The translations under genes were made by a program, and so were the position numbers. The notes under the pieces are model-generated. The model did not search any database. It was given only the letters and a program-made list of their open reading frames with translations, and was not told the origin of the DNA. Below, in pieces: positions 53,533 to 62,689 of a stretch of DNA of 64,000 nt (position 1 is the first letter of the stretch; each line of letters opens with the position of its first letter). This stretch comes from Methanobrevibacter sp. (GTDB lineage Archaea; Methanobacteriota; Methanobacteria; Methanobacteriales; Methanobacteriaceae): contig NZ_JAGAXX010000003.1 in assembly GCF_017940815.1 (NCBI RefSeq), forward strand, positions 9,963 through 73,962, written 5' to 3'.

Positions 53533-55344
53533 ATGTTTAAAAATAAATTATTGTTTCTGTTGATATTAGTTATATTTTTAATTGGTTGCGGTGTTGTTTC
53601 AGCTAATGAAAATATAACTGATGTTAATGCGATTGAAAATGTGCATGAAGACGTTGAACGGGATGATTCTATAAGTTTAAGTGAGGAAGACTCACAGGAC
53701 TTGCAAGATTCTTCCCAAAAACCTGGTAAAGTAGATACTCACATTCAGTCAGGTGACGTGAATAATTATTATAAGGAAAGTTCCGAGCTTGTCAGTTATC
53801 TGAAAGATGACAATAACCAACCGATTTCAAACAAGATGCTTTCCATTTCTATAAATGATAAGATATACAACAAAAACACGGATAATGAGGGAAAAATCGT
53901 TTTAAAATTAAACCTTAAACCTGGCGTGTATCATGCAACAGTTAAATTTGCTGGTGATGAAAATCACACTTCAAGTGTTGCAAATGCTGTTGTTAAAGTG
54001 GATAAATCTGTATTGGCTATTCAAACTAAGGATTTCAAGACTTATTTTGAATCTGGTTTTTATTTTAAGGCAATTGTCATTAATAAAATTACTAAAAATC
54101 CCGTTCAAGGTGTTAAGGTAGCTTTTAAGGTAATTAAAAACAATAAGCATAAAACTTACTGGGCAATCACCGATTCTAATGGTGTTGCAATGCTAAAAAA
54201 GAATCTTAAAGTCGGATCTTACAAGGTCGTCACTTCTCTTAAAAAGAATGCAAATTTGAAAGCTAAAAAAGTAAAATCCTCATTGACTATTAAGGAAACT
54301 GCTGAAACCGGTTGCAGCTCTTTGTATATTCAGGTAAACAAAAATGAAGCGGTTGTTGGGTTCAGAAGAGATGCAACAAATGCCAAGACTTTACACATTG
54401 TCAAATATAAGCTGAACGGTAAAGTGGCTGTTAAGCAGTATAAAACCAACAGTTACTTCTTCCATTGTTTAGCAACTGCCGATGGTTGGATGGCAGCAAC
54501 TGGAGGTATGGACAATCCCTCAATCAACCATGCCATTGAGAAGCTTGCAGGTAAAATGGCAAAATCCGGTAAGATTAAAAAATCTTATTTAAAAAAGATT
54601 CAAAGGTATGAAAGACAGTTGGGGATAGGTCATTTTTCAATCAAGGCGCCTAACGGTAAATATGCATTGGTTTGGGCAAGTGGCATATCAACCGGTAAAT
54701 TGAAGTCCGGTGAATTTATCGACGTTCCAAATGCAAGGTCAATGTTTAGGCATGGAACTTGGGATAAGTACAGTAGCAATCCAGTAAAAGCAGCCATTAA
54801 AGTTGCCGCAACTGATTCATTTGGAGTTAACAGAAGGGATGCAACTGCGTTTCATTGGAAAGCCACCACTTCAGAAGGAAAGACCACTTCAACATTAAAG
54901 GCTTATGCTGCAAACGATAATGGTCGCCTTGCTGGAAGAAGCACCGCTCATCTAAGGGATGACATTGTCTGCAAGGGCAAGTTCATATCTAAGGAGAGTC
55001 TTCCTAAAACTCCATCAAGCAAGTTCATTGGAAAATTTAAATTGGGAAATATTGACAAGTTAATCAAGACACAGACTAATGTTAAGGCTCCAGCATTGAA
55101 TATGAACTTCAACGATTCCAAAACTTTTGATGTGACTGTAAAGGACAAGAAAACCAAAAATCCAATCAAAAAGCTTAAGTTAAAATTAAAGATTGATAAC
55201 AAGGTTTACACAGTAAAAACAAATTCGAAAGGGGTGGCAAGCTTCAATCCGAAAACATTGAAAGCGGGCGACCATGAAGTTACAATTTATTCCGGTAATG
55301 ATAAATACTTTGTGTCTTCTAAAAGTACAATTACAATTAACTAA
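53533..55344 (+). CDS. secreted Ig-like-domain protein with a central Cys-Ntn-hydrolase-like domain
   Basis: Signal peptide LLFLLILVIFLIGCGVVSA followed by an acidic segment. Two or three Ig-like repeats (VKFAGDENH), then a central ~230 aa starting TG-CSSLYIQ...GFRRD, and a C-terminal Lys-rich Ig repeat (KTNSKGVASF...YSGNDKY). Confidence 0.8.
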   Translation: MFKNKLLFLLILVIFLIGCGVVSANENITDVNAIENVHEDVERDDSISLSEEDSQDLQDSSQKPGKVDTHIQSGDVNNYYKESSELVSYLKDDNNQPISNKMLSISINDKIYNKNTDNEGKIVLKLNLKPGVYHATVKFAGDENHTSSVANAVVKVDKSVLAIQTKDFKTYFESGFYFKAIVINKITKNPVQGVKVAFKVIKNNKHKTYWAITDSNGVAMLKKNLKVGSYKVVTSLKKNANLKAKKVKSSLTIKETAETGCSSLYIQVNKNEAVVGFRRDATNAKTLHIVKYKLNGKVAVKQYKTNSYFFHCLATADGWMAATGGMDNPSINHAIEKLAGKMAKSGKIKKSYLKKIQRYERQLGIGHFSIKAPNGKYALVWASGISTGKLKSGEFIDVPNARSMFRHGTWDKYSSNPVKAAIKVAATDSFGVNRRDATAFHWKATTSEGKTTSTLKAYAANDNGRLAGRSTAHLRDDIVCKGKFISKESLPKTPSSKFIGKFKLGNIDKLIKTQTNVKAPALNMNFNDSKTFDVTVKDKKTKNPIKKLKLKLKIDNKVYTVKTNSKGVASFNPKTLKAGDHEVTIYSGNDKYFVSSKSTITIN

Positions 55345-55414
55345 TTGTGCTCTTTTATTTCTTTTTTTTAATTTCTAGAGTTATTTTTTTTTCTGAATTG
55401 AGATAATTATATTT

Positions 55415-56995
55415 ATGTCAGAGTCTTATATTTTAATCAATAAAGGTGATTATTTGAATCCGATTGATATGATGGTTACAGATTATAACTGCGAATATTT
55501 AGGTTTATCAAGGTTATGCTTAATGGAATCTGCGGGAAAATCCCTTGCAGAGGAAGTGGGTAAAATTGCTGTTTATACATTTTCAAAACCAGTTAAGGTA
55601 GTTATCTTCACAGGTTCTGGCGGAAATGGTGGAGACGGTTTTGTTGCAGCAAGATACTTGCTTAATAGGGGATATGATGTTGACATTTACATGTTGAAGG
55701 ATAACATCCGCTCAACTGAGTCTAAAGTTAATTTTGAAATATTGCAAAACATGAAACCACGTCTTTCACGCTTAAAGATTTATAATTTAAAGACCTTGGA
55801 CGACATTAACAATACTGAAGTTGCTAAAAGTCAAAATTCTGAGTTTATAATTGTGGATGGTCTTTTGGGCACCGGTATTAAAGGCAAACTTCAGACTAAT
55901 GTTAAAAGGGCGATTGAAGTCATCAATGAATCAAATGGAATTAAGATAAGTGTTGATGTTCCTTCAGGAATGAATCCGTTGACCGGTGAGGTAAGTGACT
56001 TGGCGGTTGTTCCGGATTATACCATCAGTTTTCATAAAATCAAAACAGGTGTGAGGAATGCCGAAGAGGAACTTGTCGGAGGATTGGTCACAGCGGATAT
56101 TGGAATTCCGTTTGAAGCGGAGTATTTTGTCAATTATGGTGATTTTTTAAGACTTAAAAATCGAGATTCATCATCTCATAAGGGCAATAACGGCAGGCTA
56201 TTGATTATTGGAGGTTCAAAAGATTATTCTGGAGCACCTGCCATCGCAGGAATGGCTGCAATTGGTGCAGGTGCGGATTTGGTTTATGTTGCAACACCTG
56301 AAAAGGCTGCAGCTGCAATTAAATCCACATCACCGGATTTGATTGTCAAGTCTCTTGAAGGGGATAAACTGTCACTTAGTCATGCTGAGGAAATCCTTGA
56401 AATTTCTGAGGGTGTTGATGCTGTATTGATTGGGCCGGGATCTGGAATTGATGAGGATACATCCAAGCTATTCAATGTTCTGGTGACAAAAATTAAAAAA
56501 CCGATTGTCTTGGATGCGGATGCCCTAAAGCAAGTTGAATTAAAATTAATCAAGAATCGTGAGGATATCATACTGACACCGCACATTTTTGAATTCAAGT
56601 CATTTTTCAACGTTCATGATGATTTAAAATTGGATATTGACTCTTATGATTTTGATAAGGTTGATGAAAACATTACCAAATTCCAGCAAATTTCCCGCCA
56701 GATTAAGGGAAGTGTCATAGTTAAGGGGCAATATGATTTAATCCTGTCCGGAACTAGATTTAGAATTAACAGGTCTGGAAATTCAGGCATGACTGTCGGT
56801 GGAACTGGCGATGCACTGGCTGGAATATGCGCTAGTCTGTTTGCACAGGACTTGTCTGCTTTTGATTCTGCATGTTTGGGTGTTTTCATTAATGGATGTG
56901 CAGGTGATGAGGCATATGAAGTTAAAGGAAATGGCTTTTCAGCAACGGATTTGGTTTCTCACATTGGTAGTGTGATTAAAAATGGATTATGTTAA
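55415..56995 (+). CDS. nnr: bifunctional NAD(P)H-hydrate repair enzyme (epimerase / ADP-dependent dehydratase)
   Basis: YjeF-N GSGGNGGDGFVAARYL and YjeF-C HKGNNGRLLIIGGS...GTGDALAG; 526 aa. Confidence 0.92.
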   Translation: MSESYILINKGDYLNPIDMMVTDYNCEYLGLSRLCLMESAGKSLAEEVGKIAVYTFSKPVKVVIFTGSGGNGGDGFVAARYLLNRGYDVDIYMLKDNIRSTESKVNFEILQNMKPRLSRLKIYNLKTLDDINNTEVAKSQNSEFIIVDGLLGTGIKGKLQTNVKRAIEVINESNGIKISVDVPSGMNPLTGEVSDLAVVPDYTISFHKIKTGVRNAEEELVGGLVTADIGIPFEAEYFVNYGDFLRLKNRDSSSHKGNNGRLLIIGGSKDYSGAPAIAGMAAIGAGADLVYVATPEKAAAAIKSTSPDLIVKSLEGDKLSLSHAEEILEISEGVDAVLIGPGSGIDEDTSKLFNVLVTKIKKPIVLDADALKQVELKLIKNREDIILTPHIFEFKSFFNVHDDLKLDIDSYDFDKVDENITKFQQISRQIKGSVIVKGQYDLILSGTRFRINRSGNSGMTVGGTGDALAGICASLFAQDLSAFDSACLGVFINGCAGDEAYEVKGNGFSATDLVSHIGSVIKNGLC

Positions 56996-57695
56996 GGGAA
57001 TTTTTAAAGCAAGACCTAACAGGTTCATTGCTGAAGTTGAAATTGAGGGGGAACTTGAAATAGCTCATGTGCCTAATACGGGAAGGTGCAAGGAGCTATT
57101 GGTCGAGGATGCTGTTGTCTGGTTAAAACCTTCAGATAATCCAAATAGAAAAACCAAGTTTTCACTTCATTTCGTAGAAAACAAGGGTGCCTTAGTATCA
57201 CTTTACTCTCAACAGGCCAATAGTATTGTCTATGATGCAATCATTGATGGCAAAATAAATGAACTTGATGGCTATTCACTGCATCAAAGAGAAAAGACAA
57301 TCGATAACTCAAGGATAGATATATACTTGGCTAATGAAAATGAGCAGTGCTATGTCGAAGTTAAGGGTGTGACATTAATTATCGATGGGGAAGCAAGATT
57401 TCCAGATGCTCCAACTGAACGTGGAGCAAAACATCTAAAAGAGTTAATTAAACTTAAAAAAGAAGGAAATAGATGTTGTGTGTTCTTTTTGATTCAACAT
57501 CCAATCGGTAAATTCTTCAGACCTAATTGGGAAAACGACCCTAACTTTAGCCAGACATTAAATGAGGCCTATGACAGCGGTGTTGAAATTCTGGTCTACC
57601 GATGTGATAATCAGCTGTCAGGCATTGAATTGATTCCAGAATCACTCGACTTTGATTTGGGACAAAGTTTTGCCGATGGCATCATTGACGACTAA
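56982..57695 (+). CDS. sfsA: sugar fermentation stimulation protein SfsA (nuclease-fold DNA-binding protein)
   Basis: ARPNRFIAEVE...AHVPNTGRCKELL and YVEVKGVTL motifs. Overlaps nnr by 14 nt. Confidence 0.88.
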   Translation: MDYVKGIFKARPNRFIAEVEIEGELEIAHVPNTGRCKELLVEDAVVWLKPSDNPNRKTKFSLHFVENKGALVSLYSQQANSIVYDAIIDGKINELDGYSLHQREKTIDNSRIDIYLANENEQCYVEVKGVTLIIDGEARFPDAPTERGAKHLKELIKLKKEGNRCCVFFLIQHPIGKFFRPNWENDPNFSQTLNEAYDSGVEILVYRCDNQLSGIELIPESLDFDLGQSFADGIIDD

Positions 57696-58370
57696 ACTTG
57701 CAATGTTGTCGTAAGGTGTTTCACTTTTATTAATTAACACTAAATTCTTGCCGTTGAAGTAATTTATCAATCCTGCGGCAGGATAAACAACAAGTGATGT
57801 TCCACCTATTATTAATGTGTCCGCTTGAGATATGTAATCCACTGAAAAATTTAAAACAGCATTGTTTAAAGGTTCCTCGTAAAGGACAACATCTGGTTTT
57901 ACAATTCCTCCGCAATCGCATCTTGGAATTCCATCACTTTCAAGAATATAATCTAAATCATATGATTTGTTGCAAATTTGACAGTAGTTCCTATGGACAC
58001 TTCCATGAAGCTCCAACACTTCCTTGCTTCCTGCTTTCTGATGAAGTCCATCGATATTTTGCGTAATGACGGCTTTTAATTTTCCTGATTTTTCCAATTC
58101 TGCCAGCTTTAAATGGGCGGCATTTGGTTCGGCATCATTAAAAACGAGAGTGTCCTTGTAGTATTCAAAAAACTCTTCGGTATGGTCCATGTAGTAACTG
58201 TGGGATATTAGATTTTCAGGGGTGTCCCCATATTTTTCCAAACTCTTGAAAATTCCACTTTCAGACCTGAAATCCGGAATTCCACTTTCTGTTGAAACGC
58301 CTGCTCCTCCAAAGAATACTATGTTGTCAGAATTATCAATAATCTCTTGTAATTGCTGAATTTTAGACAT
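57642..58370 (-). CDS. cobB: NAD-dependent protein deacylase (Sir2 family)
   Basis: GAGVSTESGIPDFRS, QNIDGLH and Zn-ribbon CQIC...CDCGG; 242 aa. Confidence 0.92.
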   Translation of the reverse strand: MSKIQQLQEIIDNSDNIVFFGGAGVSTESGIPDFRSESGIFKSLEKYGDTPENLISHSYYMDHTEEFFEYYKDTLVFNDAEPNAAHLKLAELEKSGKLKAVITQNIDGLHQKAGSKEVLELHGSVHRNYCQICNKSYDLDYILESDGIPRCDCGGIVKPDVVLYEEPLNNAVLNFSVDYISQADTLIIGGTSLVVYPAAGLINYFNGKNLVLINKSETPYDNIASLVVNDAIGKTLSQIKVE

Positions 58371-58441
58371 ATTTCTATTTATATTTTTGATAAATATTAA
58401 TTTTTTCTAATTAACTGGTAAATGGCATTTTATTGAAGGTT

Positions 58442-58476
58442 AAAAAAAAGAAGTGATGGATAGCTTAAAAGCTATC
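58442..58476 (-). terminator. argG terminator: hairpin GATAGCT-TAAA-AGCTATC containing the stop codon, followed by T8 on the minus strand
   Basis: Stem 58459-58465/58470-58476. The plus-strand A8 at 58442-58449 gives T8 downstream on the minus strand. Confidence 0.6.
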
Positions 58477-59650
58477 TGTTTAATTTTTGGTAATTTGCAG
58501 CTTGAAGACCGTGGTGCTTAATCATACCTTCAACTTCTCTTTGATCAGTGTCTTTGTCTTCAAAGGTAATTTGCTCAATGCTGTGTAAGCTGAATGGAGA
58601 TTTTCTTGAGATTGGTTGGATTGAACCTTTGAATAGTTTCATTACAACTTCTCCGCTTACTCTTTCTTGCATGTTGTCGATTGCTTGGTCAAGGTCTTCT
58701 CTTAATGGTTCTTGCCAGAGTGCTCTGTAGACAAGGTCTGCATAGAGTCCGGACATATATTCTGCAAATCTTAACTCATCAGTGGTTAAAACTAATTCTT
58801 CTAATGCTTCGTGAGCTGCAATCAACAATTTAGCACCAGGGGTTTCGTAGATTTCCCTACTTTTAATACCGATCATTCTGTTTTCAATGGTGTCTACTCT
58901 ACCGATACCGTGAGCTCCTGCAATTTCGTTTGCTTTGATGATAATGTCAATTAATGGCATCATTTCGCCGTTAATTGCTACTGGAATACCTTCTTCAAAT
59001 TCGATAGATACTTTTTCTGGTTCGTCTTTAGCATCTTCCCAGGAGGCAGTCCATTCGTAGATGTCTTCTGGTGGTTCGTTTGCAGGGTCTTCTAGGACAT
59101 CTCCTTCAATTGCTCTTCCCCAGAGGTTTTCATCAATACTGTAAATTTTATCGTAGCTTAACTTGATTCCTTTGGATTCTGCATATGCTTTTTCTTCAGA
59201 TCTGGTCAAGTTCATTTCTCTGATTGGTGCAATGATGTCTAAATCGGACATTGCGCGAATAACTGCTTCAAATCTGAATTGGTCGTTTCCTTTTCCTGTA
59301 CAACCGTGTGCAATTGCGGTTGCTCCTTCTTTTTCAGCTACTTCTATAAGTTTTTGGGCAATTAATGGTCTTGCAAAAGCAGTGCTTAATGGATATCCTT
59401 CGTATTCTGCATTTGCTTTGATTCCACGTGCGATGTATTCGTTTGCGAATTCTTCTTTAGCATCGATATTGAAGTGTTTTAATCCTCCAATGTTAGCTGC
59501 ACTATTTTTTGCTTTTTCCATTTCTTCTTCGCCTTGTCCTACATCTACGCATGCGGTAATAACTTCTACATTGTATTTTTCTTCTAATAATTTAACACAA
59601 ACAGAGGTGTCTAGTCCTCCACTAAATGCTAAAAGTACTTTTTCAGTCAT
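58472..59650 (-). CDS. argG: argininosuccinate synthase
   Basis: [11 protein letters not shown]-loop and [11 protein letters not shown]; 392 aa. Confidence 0.96.
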   Translation of the reverse strand: MTEKVLLAFSGGLDTSVCVKLLEEKYNVEVITACVDVGQGEEEMEKAKNSAANIGGLKHFNIDAKEEFANEYIARGIKANAEYEGYPLSTAFARPLIAQKLIEVAEKEGATAIAHGCTGKGNDQFRFEAVIRAMSDLDIIAPIREMNLTRSEEKAYAESKGIKLSYDKIYSIDENLWGRAIEGDVLEDPANEPPEDIYEWTASWEDAKDEPEKVSIEFEEGIPVAINGEMMPLIDIIIKANEIAGAHGIGRVDTIENRMIGIKSREIYETPGAKLLIAAHEALEELVLTTDELRFAEYMSGLYADLVYRALWQEPLREDLDQAIDNMQERVSGEVVMKLFKGSIQPISRKSPFSLHSIEQITFEDKDTDQREVEGMIKHHGLQAANYQKLNR

Positions 59651-59754
59651 TATTAATCACCATTAATTTAAATTATAAATAAGAATGTTTAGTCTATTAA
59701 ATAATTTTATTATTAATAGTATTTAAAATTTTTAAAAATAGTTGGCAGAAGAAA

Positions 59755-59895
59755 CTCTTAATTGAGGGTATAATTGAGGTTGAAAGACATATTGGTTTTT
59801 TTAAAATAAAAACCCCAATTAAGAGTCATGAGTATAAAGTATTTTTCAATACTTTTCATCTCTGTTAATATGTTGGGGCTCATAGTATATAAAAG
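59755..59895 (-). promoter_or_regulatory. promoter-like TATA plus structured leader/sRNA region upstream of argG
   Basis: Minus-strand CTTTTATATACT (59884-59895). 8-bp hairpin 59836-59855. Long-range helix 59755-59768/59813-59825 with a competing direct repeat TAATTGAGG at 59771-59779. Confidence 0.35.
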
Positions 59896-59906
59896 TTTAG
59901 GTATAC

Positions 59907-61835
59907 CTAAATTTTAACCAATAAATTATTTTCTTCAACGAATTTTATGAGTCTGGAATATGTTGAATTTATTTTTAATGTGTCCTTATTTCCTATAATA
60001 ATTAATTTTCTCTTTGCCCTAGTGATGGCCACATTCAATCTTCTTAAATCCTTTAAAAATCCAATATTTCCATTTTCATTACTTCTTACAGTTGAAATTA
60101 TGATTATTTCCTTTTCACGGCCTTGGAATCCATCAACGGTTTTCACTTCAACCGGTGTGTTTTCCTGTATTATCTTGACTTGGTCAGCATATGGGCTGAT
60201 TATTCCAATGTCATCCTCACTAATCCCTGCATTCAGGTAATCTCTAGCGATGCTGACGCTGATGTCTGCTTCTAACTTGTTGACAATTGACTTTGAATCC
60301 TTAAGGTGCATTTCACGATTGTCCTCAACATCTGATGTGTCGATAAAAAGCAATGCCTCCTCGTCATGATCAGAATCCAAAATATCGTTGATTGTTATTT
60401 CATCAACGCTTGATGCACTCCTCAATCCGTTGTTGTAGAACTCCTCATTCGGGAATTTCATAAGCAGGCTATTCATCCTATACTGAACATTCAACAGTTG
60501 GGACTTGTGGGGATACATCTTGATAAGTTCCTCAAACATTGTTTTTTCAAGCTCTCCCGCACGTTCGCTGATGATTGTTGGGGGCAACTGCTTATGGTCT
60601 CCTGCAAGGATAAACCTATGCGCCTTTGCAAGGGGAATGAGTATGCTTGGAATTGTTGCCTGTGAAGCCTCATCGATGATTGCAACATCAAACTTGACTC
60701 GAGCTATTGATTCCAGTGCCGCAGATGAGTTGGTTGCCAGAATGACGTCGCTTTCCTCAATGATGTTTTTAATCATTCTGTTTTCGATTCTTTTGATTTC
60801 GTCATGTGCCTCATCGATTTCCTGATTGATTTCAATCCATTTTGCCATTGACTTCATCTTGTCTGAGCTGACTCCTCTTGCTCCTTTTCCTTTTGATGCG
60901 AAGTGCAGAATGTCATAGTCTCCAAGTCCTCGGCGGTATTGGGGGGTTGGCTTTGTGTGAACCTTTCTCTTTTCAATCAGGTTATCAATCTTTTTATGGA
61001 TTTTTTTAATCTTTTTGTTGAGTTTGTGCTTTTCAACTTTATATGCAAGGGTTTGTGTGATATTATGTTTGGAAACCCTTTGTGGATGGCCCAATCTAGT
61101 TAAATTAAGTTTCTTGTTATCCATCAGTCTTTCCAATATATTGTCGACCGCAGCATTACTTTCGGCCGTAGCTAAAACCTTGTGATTCTGACGTGTTTCC
61201 TGTGAAATCAGTTCAACAAGTGTGCGTGTTTTTCCTGTTCCGAAAGGCCCATGTATCAAAAAGAAGTTTTCACAGGACAGACTATTTTCAATAGCTATTT
61301 TTTGGGAATCATTCAATGATTCGTCAATATAGTTGATGTAAGGTGTCTTGCGGTTTTGTTTAGGGTCTCTTTCGCTTAAGATATATTCAAGTGCGTTTTT
61401 TCCCTTTAAACTCAAATGATTCAAATTGTCTTCCATTCTTCTGAATGTGATGTCGTTTGCATATAGGTCAAGGCGGACCTTCTTTTTTATCGCCCATTTT
61501 GGAACTCTCTTGTCAAATGCAACCTTGATGAATCTTGCACCCTTTTCGGTAACTGTTCCTGTCAAGTCGCTACGGAGGGGATTGTCTGTACTTACCAGAA
61601 CCATGTCTCCTACAGATATTTCTGTGTCAATCACCTCAGACCTTCCGAACTGGACGATTTGCATTCCCAATTCCTTCCCTAAACTTTTTCCTTTGACTTT
61701 ATTGATGGCTCTTCCTAACTCTTCCCTTTTTTGACCTGACATTGTGCTTATCTCTCGTGTCATAAGGTCAATTTCAGCATCTCTTTCATAATTGATGAGC
61801 CTAATCAGATTTTTAATATATTTTTTCATTTTCAT
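59907..61835 (-). CDS. superfamily 1 helicase, Upf1/DNA2/IGHMBP2-like AAA domain protein
   Basis: Walker A GPFGTGKTRT, motif II IIDEASQA, VDGFQGREKEIIIIS and NVAITRAKRKL; 642 aa. The stop codon lies inside the 16-nt palindrome TTTAGGTATACCTAAA (59896-59911). Confidence 0.88.
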   Translation of the reverse strand: MKMKKYIKNLIRLINYERDAEIDLMTREISTMSGQKREELGRAINKVKGKSLGKELGMQIVQFGRSEVIDTEISVGDMVLVSTDNPLRSDLTGTVTEKGARFIKVAFDKRVPKWAIKKKVRLDLYANDITFRRMEDNLNHLSLKGKNALEYILSERDPKQNRKTPYINYIDESLNDSQKIAIENSLSCENFFLIHGPFGTGKTRTLVELISQETRQNHKVLATAESNAAVDNILERLMDNKKLNLTRLGHPQRVSKHNITQTLAYKVEKHKLNKKIKKIHKKIDNLIEKRKVHTKPTPQYRRGLGDYDILHFASKGKGARGVSSDKMKSMAKWIEINQEIDEAHDEIKRIENRMIKNIIEESDVILATNSSAALESIARVKFDVAIIDEASQATIPSILIPLAKAHRFILAGDHKQLPPTIISERAGELEKTMFEELIKMYPHKSQLLNVQYRMNSLLMKFPNEEFYNNGLRSASSVDEITINDILDSDHDEEALLFIDTSDVEDNREMHLKDSKSIVNKLEADISVSIARDYLNAGISEDDIGIISPYADQVKIIQENTPVEVKTVDGFQGREKEIIIISTVRSNENGNIGFLKDLRRLNVAITRAKRKLIIIGNKDTLKINSTYSRLIKFVEENNLLVKI

Positions 61836-61873
61836 ACTTATTTTTAAATAAGAGTTTTACTGTATATTTAATT

Positions 61874-62614
61874 ATGCATTTTAAAAAAATTGAGGAATTC
61901 GGCAATTTGGAAATGGCCTATGTTTCTGATTTTTCAGGAGGTTTCATTTCAAGAAATTCTCATATTCTGAAAAGTTTGGAATTGAATAGATTCACTCAAT
62001 TCATTCTTGAAAAATGTGTTCATGGAACTCCTATTTTTAAATTGGGAACTGGTGGGAACAAACTTTTAATATTGTCCGGAATCCATGGCAATGAATTGTC
62101 TCCCCAACTGGCCAATGTAAGATTGTTAAACGATTTGATTGGAAATGAATTTAACCATACGTTATATTTCATTCCGTTTGCAGCTCCAAAGGCCACTATG
62201 AATAATGAAAGGACATTTAATGCAATGGATTTAAATCGTTCTGCGCATATTCATGATTCAGTAAGTAATCTGATTATTCAAAGTGTTGTTGAATTGGGAA
62301 TCAATGTTGTGGGAGATTTTCACTCAACTGCCTACAATTCAAATCCGGGTAGGGAATCAGTTTTCTCATCAAAATCTCCGACTCCTGAAAGCTATTTGAT
62401 CGCTAATTATATTTCAAGGGATGTGGGCTCTGAAATCATCTCATTTGATTATGCGGGCTCTTCATATAAGGGGGCTGTGGAGGATGTTTGCAATCTGAAA
62501 GGAATCCCTGCAGTGACATGTGAGGTGTTGGCTCCTTTTGGCAGTGTTGGTGCGGGCAATGTTGAAAAATCGTTTTCCCAAATGAAAAGCTTTTTAGATT
62601 ATTTTGGCGTTTAG
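61874..62614 (+). CDS. succinylglutamate desuccinylase/aspartoacylase (AstE/AspA, M14-like zinc hydrolase) family protein
   Basis: SGIHGNELSP (HxxE), DLNRS, GDFHST and TCEV motifs; 246 aa. Confidence 0.75.
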   Translation: MHFKKIEEFGNLEMAYVSDFSGGFISRNSHILKSLELNRFTQFILEKCVHGTPIFKLGTGGNKLLILSGIHGNELSPQLANVRLLNDLIGNEFNHTLYFIPFAAPKATMNNERTFNAMDLNRSAHIHDSVSNLIIQSVVELGINVVGDFHSTAYNSNPGRESVFSSKSPTPESYLIANYISRDVGSEIISFDYAGSSYKGAVEDVCNLKGIPAVTCEVLAPFGSVGAGNVEKSFSQMKSFLDYFGV

Positions 62615-62689
62615 ACAATATTACTTTTCAAATGCTCTCTGATTAATCTTTTAAATACTCAAATCCTATTTTTAACTAAGGTGATTTAA

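Noticed and set aside
57642-58370. Sir2-domain gene next to the nuclease-fold sfsA and near an SF1 helicase as a possible Thoeris/DSR-like defence module
   Set aside because: The Sir2 protein is a compact canonical sirtuin (GAGVSTESGIPDFR, Zn ribbon, 242 aa) without sensor or effector fusions. The genes are convergent or separated by argG and are housekeeping-type.
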